This document shows positions 47,714-56,810 of a DNA stretch of 64,000 nucleotides, piece after piece. The number at the start of each line of letters is the position of its first letter. Position 1 is the stretch's first letter. Both the position numbers and the translations under genes were made by a program. Where the stretch lies: positions 20,483 to 84,482 of the forward strand of contig DULU01000052.1 of assembly GCA_012840225.1 (NCBI GenBank). The letters are read 5' to 3'. The notes below the pieces were generated by a model. It was given only the letters and a program-made list of their open reading frames with translations. It had not been told where the DNA came from and did not search any database. The DNA is from Bacillota bacterium. GTDB lineage: Bacteria; Bacillota; Limnochordia; DTU080.

Positions 47714-48231
47714 TGGATAATTGTTCCGGCACCTCTAGCTGCTCTCGGTATCGCAGCGAAAATGCTGAGATGACTGCCGCTATCGGCCGGAGGCTGGGGG
47801 AAGCAGCCGGAAGCGGCGATATTTTTGTCCTGCAAGGTGATTTGGGAGCAGGGAAGACCCAGTTTATCAAGGGATTGGCGGAAGGATTGGGTCTGGACGG
47901 CCGCCTGGTGAGCAGTCCTACCTTTACCATCATGCAGCGTTACTCGGGAGGCCGCCTGCCGCTGCAGCACTTCGACCTCTACCGCCTGGAATCCGTCGCC
48001 GAACTTGAAGGCCTGGGCTTTGCCGAACTGGTGGATGATTGGCCGGGCGTGACGGCCATCGAATGGGGAGACCGCTTCCGCGAAGCCATGCCGCCTTGGG
48101 CAATTTGGGTCAACATTGAGCATGTCCGCCGGCCTGGCCAGGAAGATGCCGGGAGCATTCGTGTTATTTCTATTTGCCGGCCTGTGGAGGGACAAGCTCA
48201 GGAAGAGCGGGATGATGATGATGATAAGTGA
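47713..48231 (+). CDS. tsaE: tRNA t6A37 biosynthesis ATPase TsaE (YjeE)
   Basis: Walker A GDLGAGKTQFIKGLAEGLG, SPTFT motif. ATG overlaps the preceding stop. Confidence 0.8.
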   Translation: MDNCSGTSSCSRYRSENAEMTAAIGRRLGEAAGSGDIFVLQGDLGAGKTQFIKGLAEGLGLDGRLVSSPTFTIMQRYSGGRLPLQHFDLYRLESVAELEGLGFAELVDDWPGVTAIEWGDRFREAMPPWAIWVNIEHVRRPGQEDAGSIRVISICRPVEGQAQEERDDDDDK

Positions 48232-48279
48232 GGAGAGGAGAGGACCTGTGCAGTTGGGTTTCAGGAGAGGCGACGGCGC

Positions 48280-49035
48280 TTGAGGCTATTGGCACTGGAC
48301 ACCTCGACTTCTACCGGCGGGGCGGCACTTTGGGAAAATGGCCATATCCAGGATGAAATCCTCTTGGAAGTGGCGGCCACCCATTCCGAGCGGCTCCTGC
48401 CGGCGGTGGCATCGTTGATGAGCGCCGCCGGCTGGGAGGGAAGTTCATTGGCGGCTATTGCCGTTGCCGTCGGCCCAGGTTCCTTTACCGGATTGCGCAT
48501 CGGGGTGACGACGGCGAAAGCTTTAGCCTACGGCTGGAGTCTGCCTTTGATCGGGGTAAGCACCCTCGAGGCCATGGCCTGGCAGATCGCCGGGCGGAGC
48601 GGCATTGTGGCGCCGATCATCAATGCCCGGAGGGAGCGGGTATATGCCGCTGCCTATGATGTGAGCGCCTGCCCCGCTGCCCTGCCGAAAACGCTCCTGG
48701 CACCTATAAACCAGCGTGCCGACCGCTTCTTTCAGTCTCTAATCGACTTGGCCCTGGCCTCCCGGCAATCGGATGGGGCGCCGGCCGGCCAGCCGATAAT
48801 AATCATCGGTGAAGATATATCGTTATTTAAGGAGCAGATAGACAAGGTGTTGCGGGAGCGGTGGCAGCCGTTGCCCGCCCCGTTGCATGTGCTCAGGCCG
48901 GGGAGCGTGGCTTCCCTGGGCGCCAAGAGGTTCGCACAAGGCGAGCAGCATGATCTATTCTCCCTGACACCGCACTATGTCAGGAAAGCGGAGGCCGAGA
49001 TAAAGTGGGAGAGAGCGCACCAGCCATCACCATAG
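48280..49035 (+). CDS. tsaB: tRNA t6A37 biosynthesis protein TsaB (YeaZ)
   Basis: MRLLALDTSTSTGGAALWENG...AVGPGSFTGLRIGVTTAKALAYGW. Confidence 0.8.
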   Translation: MRLLALDTSTSTGGAALWENGHIQDEILLEVAATHSERLLPAVASLMSAAGWEGSSLAAIAVAVGPGSFTGLRIGVTTAKALAYGWSLPLIGVSTLEAMAWQIAGRSGIVAPIINARRERVYAAAYDVSACPAALPKTLLAPINQRADRFFQSLIDLALASRQSDGAPAGQPIIIIGEDISLFKEQIDKVLRERWQPLPAPLHVLRPGSVASLGAKRFAQGEQHDLFSLTPHYVRKAEAEIKWERAHQPSP

Positions 49036-49040
49036 ATCCC

Positions 49041-49496
49041 ATGCGGCTGAAAGATATCGCTGGTGTATTAAAAATAGAGAAAGCCTCATTCACCATACCC
49101 TGGTCGAAGCAGGCCTTCTATTCCGAGTTGCTGGAGAACGACAGAGCCTATTATTTGGTGGCCAAGGCGGGGGACCAGGTGTTAGGCTACATCGGTATCT
49201 GGTTGGTAGCCGACGAGGGGCACATTACCAACGTGGCCGTACATCCTGACTATAGGCATAGAGGTATCGGGCGCCGGTTGATGCTGGCCATCGAAGAGCT
49301 GGCCAGAGCCCGCCGGGTGAAGCGGCTGACGCTGGAGGTGCGGGTGTCCAACACCATCGCCCAGAATCTATATAAACAGCTCAATTTTGTCAGCGCCGGC
49401 ATCAGGCCCAGGTATTACCGGGATAATGATGAGGATGCCGTCATCATGTGGAAAGACCTGACAATAGATAATGAGTTTAGTTACCCGGGGAAATGA
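49041..49496 (+). CDS. rimI: Ribosomal-protein-alanine N-acetyltransferase RimI (GNAT)
   Basis: GNAT motif (HITNVAVHPDYRHRGIGRRLM). Located between tsaB and tsaD as in the canonical tsaEB-rimI-tsaD operon. Confidence 0.8.
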   Translation: MRLKDIAGVLKIEKASFTIPWSKQAFYSELLENDRAYYLVAKAGDQVLGYIGIWLVADEGHITNVAVHPDYRHRGIGRRLMLAIEELARARRVKRLTLEVRVSNTIAQNLYKQLNFVSAGIRPRYYRDNDEDAVIMWKDLTIDNEFSYPGK

Positions 49497-49567
49497 ACGG
49501 GTGGAGAGAAGAGCAACCTGAGGCGCGGCGTGCAACCTGGTGCGCAATCTGCTGAGTAGTGTTGAGT

Positions 49568-49624
49568 GGTGGGCAATCTGATGAGCGGTGGGCAATATGA
49601 TGAGCGGTGGGCAATATGATGAGC
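49568..49624 (+). repeat. 3 x 19-bp tandem repeat (GGTGGGCAAT[A/C]TGATGAGC) spanning the tsaD translation start
   Basis: Three tandem copies directly visible. The last copy contains the tsaD ATG codons. Confidence 0.8.
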
Positions 49625-50626
49625 GGCGAGTTATTGCTGGGAATTGAAACAAGCTGTGATGAGACAGCGGCAGCGGTGGTGGCGGAGGGGCGCACCATAC
49701 TTTCCAATGTAGTGGCCTCGCAAATTGACCTGCACCAGAAATGGGGCGGGGTGGTGCCTGAAGTGGCGAGCAGGCAGCATGTGGAAGCCATCATGCCGGT
49801 GATCGACAAAGCACTGAAAGATGCCGGAACGACGCCGGACAAGCTGGCCGCGATAGCGGTCACCTGCGGTCCCGGTCTGGTGGGAAGCCTGCTGGTCGGA
49901 TTGTCGGCGGCCAAAGCCCTGGCGTTTAGCGCCGGGAAGCCGCTGATCGGTGTCAACCATATTGAAGGCCACATTTACGCCAATTTTCTGGCGCACCGGG
50001 AAGTGACGGCGCCTTTGGTCTGCCTGACCGTGTCGGGCGGGCATACCAATCTGCTATATATGCCGGAGCCGGGTGTATATAAGGTGATGGGGCGGACCCG
50101 TGACGATGCGGCCGGAGAAGCATTAGATAAAGTCGGGCGGGTGATGGGGCTCCCATATCCGGCCGGAGCGCATATCGACCGGCTGGCCAGGGAGGGGAAG
50201 CCGGGAGCGGTGCAGCTGCCGCGAGGGCTGCTCGAGGGTCTGGATTTCAGCTTCAGCGGGCTGAAGACCGCCGCCATCAATTACCTGCATAATGCCGCCC
50301 AGCGGCATGAGGAAGTGAATATGGCCGATTTTGCCGCCGGCCTGCAGGAGGCGGTGGTCGATGTGCTGGTGGCGAAGACCATGCATGCCGCCGAACAGGT
50401 CGGGGTGGATATCATCATCATGTCGGGCGGGGTGGCCGCCAATACCCGCCTGCGCCGGCGTTTGCGTGAGGAAGCTGAAAGCGCCGGCAAACGCCTTTTT
50501 TACCCCCCGGTGGAGCTTTGCACCGACAACGCCGCCATGATCGCCAGCGCCGGCTATTTTCGCTACCGGCGCGGGGAATACGCTGATCTAACCTTAAACG
50601 CCGAACCCTCCCTGCGGCTGGAATAA
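49616..50626 (+). CDS. tsaD: tRNA N6-adenosine threonylcarbamoyltransferase TsaD (Kae1/YgjD)
   Basis: LLLGIETSCDETAAAVV...HIEGH...SGGVAAN motifs. The start lies within a tandem repeat, so the exact initiation codon is ambiguous (GTG 49607 / ATG 49616 / ATG 49619). Confidence 0.9.
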   Translation: MMSGELLLGIETSCDETAAAVVAEGRTILSNVVASQIDLHQKWGGVVPEVASRQHVEAIMPVIDKALKDAGTTPDKLAAIAVTCGPGLVGSLLVGLSAAKALAFSAGKPLIGVNHIEGHIYANFLAHREVTAPLVCLTVSGGHTNLLYMPEPGVYKVMGRTRDDAAGEALDKVGRVMGLPYPAGAHIDRLAREGKPGAVQLPRGLLEGLDFSFSGLKTAAINYLHNAAQRHEEVNMADFAAGLQEAVVDVLVAKTMHAAEQVGVDIIIMSGGVAANTRLRRRLREEAESAGKRLFYPPVELCTDNAAMIASAGYFRYRRGEYADLTLNAEPSLRLE

Positions 50627-50635
50627 TCCGGAAAT

Positions 50636-50700
50636 CCCTCCTAACCTCCTAATCTCCTAATCTCCTGACCTCCTAACCTCCTGACCTCCTGACTTCCTGT
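50636..50700 (+). repeat. Tandem heptamer array (CCTCCTRA / TCTCCTAA, ~9 units) downstream of tsaD
   Basis: cctcctaacctcctaatctcctaatctcctgacctcctaacctcctgacctcctgacttcct. The complement is an array of AGGAG(G) Shine-Dalgarno-like units. Confidence 0.7.
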
Positions 50701-50955
50701 CCCCCTACCCTTCTGCCCTCCAGCCCTGCCCTACCCACCTCCCCGGAGCTGAGAATATATAAATTATTCTAACCGTCTTCTTCCTTAAAGAAGGAATAGG
50801 CTACCGTCTGTGGAAAAACCAACAAAGTCCACCCAAACGGTCAGTGATCAGAGTCGAAGGCTGTCTCATCGGGAAACATGGGGCCTTTTATCTGGACTGG
50901 GCTTGAGAATATAGGGAATAACGCAAGTTTCAATATTTTATGAGGGGGAACGGAG

Positions 50956-52146
50956 ATGCCGTCTCGCGCTGAACGTATGTCTCTCTTGGGAACGGAAAAT
51001 GCCTTCGAGGTGTTGGCCGAGGTGAAGAAGCTTGAGGCCGCCGGGCGCCATATCATCAGTTTCGCCATCGGCGAGCCTGATTTCGATACGCCGGTCAATA
51101 TTAAGGAGGCGGGCATAAAGGCCATCCGGGAGGGATACACCCATTACAACCCGTCGGCCGGGATTATGGAGCTGCGGCAAGCTATTGCCCGTTATATAGC
51201 CAAGACCCGCCATATCCATGTCGATCCGGAAGAAGTGGTGGTGACCCCGGGGGCTAAGCCGATCATATTTCATGGGATCCTGGCGACTGTAAATCCGGGC
51301 GAAGAGGTAATCTATCCCAATCCGGGTTTCCCCATCTATGAATCGGTGATCAGGTTTGTGGGAGCCAAGCCGGTGCCCCTCGCTTTGCGGGAGGACCGCG
51401 AGTTCTCCTTCGATGTGGATGAGCTGCGCAGCAAGATCAATCCCAATACCAAGTTGATCATCCTCAACTCGCCGCAAAACCCGACGGGAGGCTGCCTGTC
51501 GCAGAGCGATCTGGAAGCGGTGGCGGAGATGGCCCTGCGCTATGATTGCTGGGTGCTCTCCGATGAGGTATACTCCCGGATGGTGTTTGACGGGGAATTC
51601 TACAGCATCGCCACCATTCCGGACATGAAGGAGCGGACCATCATCCTCGACGGCTTCTCCAAGACCTACGCCATGACCGGATGGCGCATCGGCTTCGGGG
51701 TGATGCCCAAGTCGTTGGCTATCGATGTAGCTCGCCTCGAGACCAACTGTGAGTCGTGTACGGCCACTTTCACCCAGATAGCCGGAATTGAAGCTTTGGA
51801 AGGCCCCCAGGACGCTTCGGCCGCCATGGTCGCCGAATTCAAAGAGCGGCGGCGCCTGATTGTGGACGGTCTGAACGATATCCCCGGCTTCAAATGCCTG
51901 ATGCCTAAGGGAGCGTTTTATGTATTTCCCAATGTCTCCGAGGCCTGTCGGCGTTTGGGGTTGAGGGGAGCGAAACAGTTACAAGAAAAGCTTCTTTATG
52001 AAGGCAATGTAGCTGTGCTACCGCGCTCCTCCTTCGGTTCCAGAAACGAGGGCGAGACCGAGGAATATCTGCGGTTTTCTTACGCCACCTCCAGGGAAGC
52101 CATCGTCGAGGGCTTGCAGCGGATTAAAGAAGTGGTAGCGAAGTAG
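50956..52146 (+). CDS. Pyridoxal-phosphate-dependent aminotransferase, class I/II (AspAT-like)
   Basis: Class I fold motifs including GFSKTYAMTGWRIG (PLP-Lys) and N-terminal LGTENAFEVL. RBS GAGGGGGAA lies upstream. Confidence 0.8.
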   Translation: MPSRAERMSLLGTENAFEVLAEVKKLEAAGRHIISFAIGEPDFDTPVNIKEAGIKAIREGYTHYNPSAGIMELRQAIARYIAKTRHIHVDPEEVVVTPGAKPIIFHGILATVNPGEEVIYPNPGFPIYESVIRFVGAKPVPLALREDREFSFDVDELRSKINPNTKLIILNSPQNPTGGCLSQSDLEAVAEMALRYDCWVLSDEVYSRMVFDGEFYSIATIPDMKERTIILDGFSKTYAMTGWRIGFGVMPKSLAIDVARLETNCESCTATFTQIAGIEALEGPQDASAAMVAEFKERRRLIVDGLNDIPGFKCLMPKGAFYVFPNVSEACRRLGLRGAKQLQEKLLYEGNVAVLPRSSFGSRNEGETEEYLRFSYATSREAIVEGLQRIKEVVAK

Positions 52147-52204
52147 AGCTGGGTATGGTATAGATTGGTAAAGTAAGGGGTCATACGGGGAAGGAGTAGT
52201 TTAT

Positions 52205-54241
52205 ATGGCGCTAGAGAAGAATCCTATCAGCCTTGTGCATTTTATGGCTTATCCTGGTCCGGGTAATACCCGCTCCGTGCAGAGAGGGGAAGCCAGGGCT
52301 GAGTACCTATTGCACACTTTGGAAGAGGTGCTGAATGATCCATATTTCCAGGGTGTGGAAATAACCTATATAAAGAATGATCAAATACGGGCCAAAGTGG
52401 CCGATCTGCTGAAAGCGTCGGGCAAAAGGGTGATATTCGGTGCCCAGCCCGTGCAGCTGATCAATGAGGACGGCCTCATTCCGCCCGGCGATATCTCTTG
52501 TCCCGACGAGGTCGGCCGGCGTCAAGCCGTGCAGCGGCTGAAAAAATGCCTGGAGCAGGCATATGAGTTAGGCGCGGTGGATTTCGGTTTGATAAGTGGC
52601 GCCGATCCTGGGGCGGCATCGGGTTTGGACAGGCGGGAAGCAGCCAAAACCCAACTTCTCAGATCTCTGCACGAATTGTGTGTGTATGCCGGAGAGCTGG
52701 CCCAAAAGCAGGGACGTACGCCCATCCGCATCACCTTGGAGCTTTTCGACCGCTCTACCGAACCGGGGCACAAGAACCAGCTGATCGGTCCGGCCAGGGA
52801 AGCGGTGGAGCTGGCTCGGATTATGCAGGATGCCTACGGCCATCGCAATTTCGGCTTGCTATATGATCTGAGTCATATGCCTCTCATCAAGGGGCGGAGC
52901 TTCAATGCCGAGACGCCTGAAGTGCTGCGGGAGTTGGCTCCCTTCCTCAATCATGTGCATATCGGTACCTGTGTTACCAATCCGGAGGACAAGCTATACG
53001 GCGACTCCCATCCTCGCCTGGACTATCCCGGCAGCGCCGTTACCCAGGAAATGCTGGCCGACTTCCTCAAAATGCTGGTGGATATCGGTTATGAGGGCGG
53101 CATCGGCTTTGAAGTGGTGCCATATGGGGACGAGCTTTCTTCGGCCGTGGTGCGCAGCACGCAAACCATCTTCGACATCGCCCGCAACCGGATCGATGTC
53201 AACTATTGCCTGGGAACCTTTTATTTCCAGCCTCGCCGCTTCTTCAACGAGACGTGGTTCGACATGCTGAACGAGTTGCGGGTTAGCCGGCCGAATGCCG
53301 TCGCCGAGGCTGCCGCCGCCCGCCGTCGCCGTTCCACCCTCACCGAGGACGGCAAACTGGTGATTGTGGCCGCCGACCATCCGGCCCGGCGGGTGACCCG
53401 CGTGGGGAGCGATCCCACCGCCATGGGCGACCGGATGAGTTATCTCGGGCGCATCGTCCGCACTCTCCTCGGTAAAGGCGTGGACGGGGTGATGGCCACA
53501 CCCGATATTATTGAAGAACTCCTGCTGATCGATGTCCTGCTCAAGGAGAAAGGCCGCAAGGAAGGCATTCTTGACGGCAAGCTGGTGATCGGTTCCATGA
53601 ACCGCAGCGGTCTGGCCGGCGTGGAATATGAGATGGACGACCGCCTCACCGCCATGACTGTGGAGCATTTGAAGCAGCTTAATTGCGACGGCGGCAAACT
53701 CTTGCTGCGCATTGATCCGGGGCGTCATTCCCGCTATTCTATCGCCACCATGGCCTATTGCGCCCAGGCGGTGAGCGACTGCCGCAAAGCCGGCTTGCCG
53801 GTATTTGTGGAGCCTTTGCCGGTGGAAGAGACGCCTGAGGGGTATAAAGTGGTGATGACGCCGGATGCCTTGATCCAGACCATCGGTGTGGCCACCTCGC
53901 TGGGCGGTTCAGCTCATCACATGTGGATCAAGGTACCGTATGTAAATGACTACCACCGGGTGGTAAAAGCGACCACCTTGCCCATTTTGATGTTGGGCGG
54001 GGCGTCCAAAGAAAATCCCTTGCCCACCATCAGGGAGTTTGAGCAAGGTATGGGCGAAGGTGCCAATGTGCGGGGCGTGATGGTCGGCCGGAATGTCCTC
54101 TACTGCGGCAAGGACGATCCCTTGGCCGTGGTGGAAGCGATCGCCATGATCGTGCACCAGGGCGCCGGCATGGATGAAGCTGTCCGCCATCTCGCCGCAG
54201 CCCGGGGCCGTTCCTACGACTGGTTTGAGACCCTCATTTAG
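52205..54241 (+). CDS. Two-domain fusion: N-terminal xylose-isomerase-like TIM-barrel (sugar phosphate isomerase/epimerase) + C-terminal class-I-aldolase-like (DeoC/LacD/Cgl0159-type) barrel
   Basis: N-terminal half (~1-330) has the sugar-phosphate isomerase/epimerase pattern (metal-binding E/D/H positions, GFEVVPYGDE). C-terminal half (~340-678) resembles DhnA/LacD-type class I aldolase-like barrels (KLVIVAADHP...GVDGVMATPD...KLLLRID...FVEPLP). Single uninterrupted 678-aa ORF. Confidence 0.55.
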   Translation: MALEKNPISLVHFMAYPGPGNTRSVQRGEARAEYLLHTLEEVLNDPYFQGVEITYIKNDQIRAKVADLLKASGKRVIFGAQPVQLINEDGLIPPGDISCPDEVGRRQAVQRLKKCLEQAYELGAVDFGLISGADPGAASGLDRREAAKTQLLRSLHELCVYAGELAQKQGRTPIRITLELFDRSTEPGHKNQLIGPAREAVELARIMQDAYGHRNFGLLYDLSHMPLIKGRSFNAETPEVLRELAPFLNHVHIGTCVTNPEDKLYGDSHPRLDYPGSAVTQEMLADFLKMLVDIGYEGGIGFEVVPYGDELSSAVVRSTQTIFDIARNRIDVNYCLGTFYFQPRRFFNETWFDMLNELRVSRPNAVAEAAAARRRRSTLTEDGKLVIVAADHPARRVTRVGSDPTAMGDRMSYLGRIVRTLLGKGVDGVMATPDIIEELLLIDVLLKEKGRKEGILDGKLVIGSMNRSGLAGVEYEMDDRLTAMTVEHLKQLNCDGGKLLLRIDPGRHSRYSIATMAYCAQAVSDCRKAGLPVFVEPLPVEETPEGYKVVMTPDALIQTIGVATSLGGSAHHMWIKVPYVNDYHRVVKATTLPILMLGGASKENPLPTIREFEQGMGEGANVRGVMVGRNVLYCGKDDPLAVVEAIAMIVHQGAGMDEAVRHLAAARGRSYDWFETLI

Positions 54242-54309
54242 TCGCTTCTCAGGAAGGTCACTTCTCAGGAAGGTCGCTTCTTAGGCAGGTTACTTCAGGA
54301 GGTTAGATT
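54242..54309 (+). repeat. ~4 x 16-17-bp tandem repeat (GTCRCTTCTCAGGAAG) ending in the deoR-family gene RBS/start
   Basis: tcgcttctcaggaag gtcacttctcaggaag gtcgcttcttaggcag gttacttcaggagg. Each unit ends in an SD-like AGGAAG/AGGAGG. The last unit supplies the RBS for the TTG start at 54310. Confidence 0.65.
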
Positions 54310-55071
54310 TTGTTTGCTGAAGAGCGCCGGAGAATGATAGCCGCTGATCTGCAGGTGCGGGGTCGGGTGCTGGCCGGCGAGCTGGCCAAGCGGTATGGTG
54401 TGACGGAAGAGACCATCCGGCGTGACCTTAAGTGGCTGGAAGCAGCGGGAAAAGCTGTCAGAACCCATGGGGGAGCGCTTTGGCGCGGCGAAGCCGGGCT
54501 GCTCCCCCCGCTCGCCATCCGGCAAGGCAAATCATACGCAGCCAAACGGGCCATCGGTGCTTACGCCGCCGGTTTAGTTAACGACGGCCAGGCGATATTT
54601 ATCGATTCGGGCAGCACGGCCCTGGAATTGGCCCGGTCCTTGCGCCAGAAGAAGAACCTGCATGTGGTGACCAATTCCCTGCTGGTGGCCAATGAGCTGG
54701 CCACCGGCGAGGGGATAGAGGTACATATGCCCGGGGGCACACTCCGGGCCGATGAGATGTGCCTGGTAGGCCCGGAAGCGGTGGCCGGACTGGCTCATTA
54801 TCGGGCCGATTTGGCCTTCATCAGCTGCGCCGGGGTAGATCCCAAAAGTGGTGTGGCCGTGTACAACTCCTTTCAGGCCGAAGTCAAGCGGGCGATGTTG
54901 CGCCATGCGGCCAGGCGGGTGCTGCTGGTGGATTCTACCAAGCTCGGACAGGTCGCCTTAGTACAAGTGGCGAAATGCGATGAATTCGACCTCATGATAA
55001 CCGACTCAGGAGCCGGAGAGGACAAAACGATTCTCTTCCGCCAGGCAGGCGTGGAAGTAGCGATCGCCTAA
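54310..55071 (+). CDS. DeoR/GlpR family transcriptional regulator
   Basis: N-terminal HTH (RRRMIAADLQVRGRVLAGELAKRYGVTEETIRRDLKWLE) and C-terminal DeoR sugar-phosphate-binding domain (IFIDSGSTALELA...VVTNSL). Confidence 0.8.
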   Translation: MFAEERRRMIAADLQVRGRVLAGELAKRYGVTEETIRRDLKWLEAAGKAVRTHGGALWRGEAGLLPPLAIRQGKSYAAKRAIGAYAAGLVNDGQAIFIDSGSTALELARSLRQKKNLHVVTNSLLVANELATGEGIEVHMPGGTLRADEMCLVGPEAVAGLAHYRADLAFISCAGVDPKSGVAVYNSFQAEVKRAMLRHAARRVLLVDSTKLGQVALVQVAKCDEFDLMITDSGAGEDKTILFRQAGVEVAIA

Positions 55072-55115
55072 CCGGCAGGCTTCGCTTTCGCTTTCGCTTC
55101 ACCTTTTATCTTGGT

Positions 55116-56537
55116 TTATTCGTTCTTCGCCTTCAGTATCTTCTCACGGTAATTCGTCATCTGCTTCTCCAGATAATTAACAAGCAAATTGTAGCCGGTG
55201 AGATCCCGCAAAGGCGCCCATGGAATAGCCTGCTTTATCTTCTCCGTTATTCTGGCCAGGCTCAAGTCCTCCCACCTGAAGATAAGGAGCGTTATATTTC
55301 TTTCATTGCAGATCTTCTGCTTGGTCTTATCCAGCCTCTTCTGCTTGGCTACTGCCGATTGATTATATAGATCGGTCGCCCGATAATGCTGCTCTCCGTT
55401 GAACTCGCAGGCCACATTCTGCTTTTCATAATAGCGGTCGAAGTGCATCTGCTCATGAGTATATGGATTCTTTAAAAAATCGGGTGTGGCATTGTCGACG
55501 CCGTTATCCCACTCCAGGATCAGATTTAGGGCCTCCCGCATCAGAGCTTCGCCACGGAATTTGGCCCGGTAGAGATTGTGCTCTGCCTTCAGCATCTTGA
55601 TCCTTACCGGGTTGCTGATATAAAACAGCTTATCTTTCGTCTTTTTCATGGTGCGGATGTCGATCCACTCTTCATCGCGCAGTTTGAACAAAGCTCGGCG
55701 TACCGTCTTAACATTCAAGTAGAGCATCTTGGCAATACTGGTATATGTATAGGTGGCTTCACGGGAGCTGCGCTTATATTTCGGCAAGGTTTGCAAGGTG
55801 CCATATATCAATCTGGCCTGCGCACCTAGACGCGTATCATTGACCAAATCAACCGGTATATAAACCTTCTTGCAATAATTGTAACGCGGCGTGAAAATCG
55901 TGGCGGCTAAAGCCTGGCGGCGCTCCCGAGCCTGAGCCTGGATTTGGGCCTGGATCTGAGCTAACTGTGCCTGGAACTGCTCCTCGTTCAGTACCTGAGC
56001 CTGATTTATTTCCTGAGCTTGAGCCTGTGTTTGGAGGCCTTGATTGCCGACCTGTGGTGGGAATGGCGGGAGCTGCGTCTGTGCTTGATGCCAGGCATTG
56101 ACCTGACCTTGGATGGGAGGTTGGCTTTTCATTTGGGGATCATTTTGTATCGGGTAGAATGCTTGAGGGGGAGTGGGATGAGAAGGAGTATGGATTGACT
56201 GCGTATGGGTTGACTGCACCGGCGGTTTGATCCAGATCTCCGGCTGCACCAACCACTTGTGGATATAGAGCTGGGAAAGAGCACAGCATACAGTAGGCTT
56301 GGACAACCCGATTCGCTCAGCTATCCTTGCCGGGCAATAGAGCTGATCAGGATCAATGCGGGCATCGTTGACATCCAAGGCTAAAGCCATCCAAACCAAT
56401 TTGGCCGAATTGGACAAATCTGGCTCCAGCAGGAGGTCTTTTGGCACCCACACCACTTTATTAATATTGATGATTTTGCTTGCCATAAAGCAACCACGCT
56501 CCGATTCCCCGGCATGGCTGCGCGCAAGCGTTCTCAT
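55116..56537 (-). CDS. Foreign-looking protein: two tandem winged-HTH domains, Gln-rich linker, C-terminal DUF559/Vsr-like (restriction-endonuclease-fold) domain
   Basis: Two homologous HTH modules (residues ~20-95 and ~215-300). Q/A-rich coiled linker QAQAQEINQAQVLNEEQFQAQLAQIQAQIQAQARE. C-terminal CEFNGEQHY...D...K...L...G..LLIFRWEDL resembles the E-x-D-G-x-Q-H...R(F/I) pattern of DUF559/Vsr-like nucleases. Local GC is ~45-50% versus ~62% in the flanks. Confidence 0.6.
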   Translation of the reverse strand: MRTLARSHAGESERGCFMASKIININKVVWVPKDLLLEPDLSNSAKLVWMALALDVNDARIDPDQLYCPARIAERIGLSKPTVCCALSQLYIHKWLVQPEIWIKPPVQSTHTQSIHTPSHPTPPQAFYPIQNDPQMKSQPPIQGQVNAWHQAQTQLPPFPPQVGNQGLQTQAQAQEINQAQVLNEEQFQAQLAQIQAQIQAQARERRQALAATIFTPRYNYCKKVYIPVDLVNDTRLGAQARLIYGTLQTLPKYKRSSREATYTYTSIAKMLYLNVKTVRRALFKLRDEEWIDIRTMKKTKDKLFYISNPVRIKMLKAEHNLYRAKFRGEALMREALNLILEWDNGVDNATPDFLKNPYTHEQMHFDRYYEKQNVACEFNGEQHYRATDLYNQSAVAKQKRLDKTKQKICNERNITLLIFRWEDLSLARITEKIKQAIPWAPLRDLTGYNLLVNYLEKQMTNYREKILKAKNE

Positions 56538-56810
56538 TCTGCTTCTCCACTCTGGCTGTGAATCCTGCCGGCGTGAAATAAAAATTATAAAGGTCGTATA
56601 TAAAACAGATGCAATATTAATTGGAATATAATTACAGCACGTAATGTAATAATTACATGATGTAACAGGCTGTCGATGATGGCCACTATATAAAAACCTC
56701 CAGTTCAGACCGTATCAGTCCACGGATATGACCATCGTTTCCCTGCTCTCTGTATAAAAGTATGAATCGGTTTGGGCGTACCGATGAGAGGTTAGAGTTA
56801 AACTGGATAA

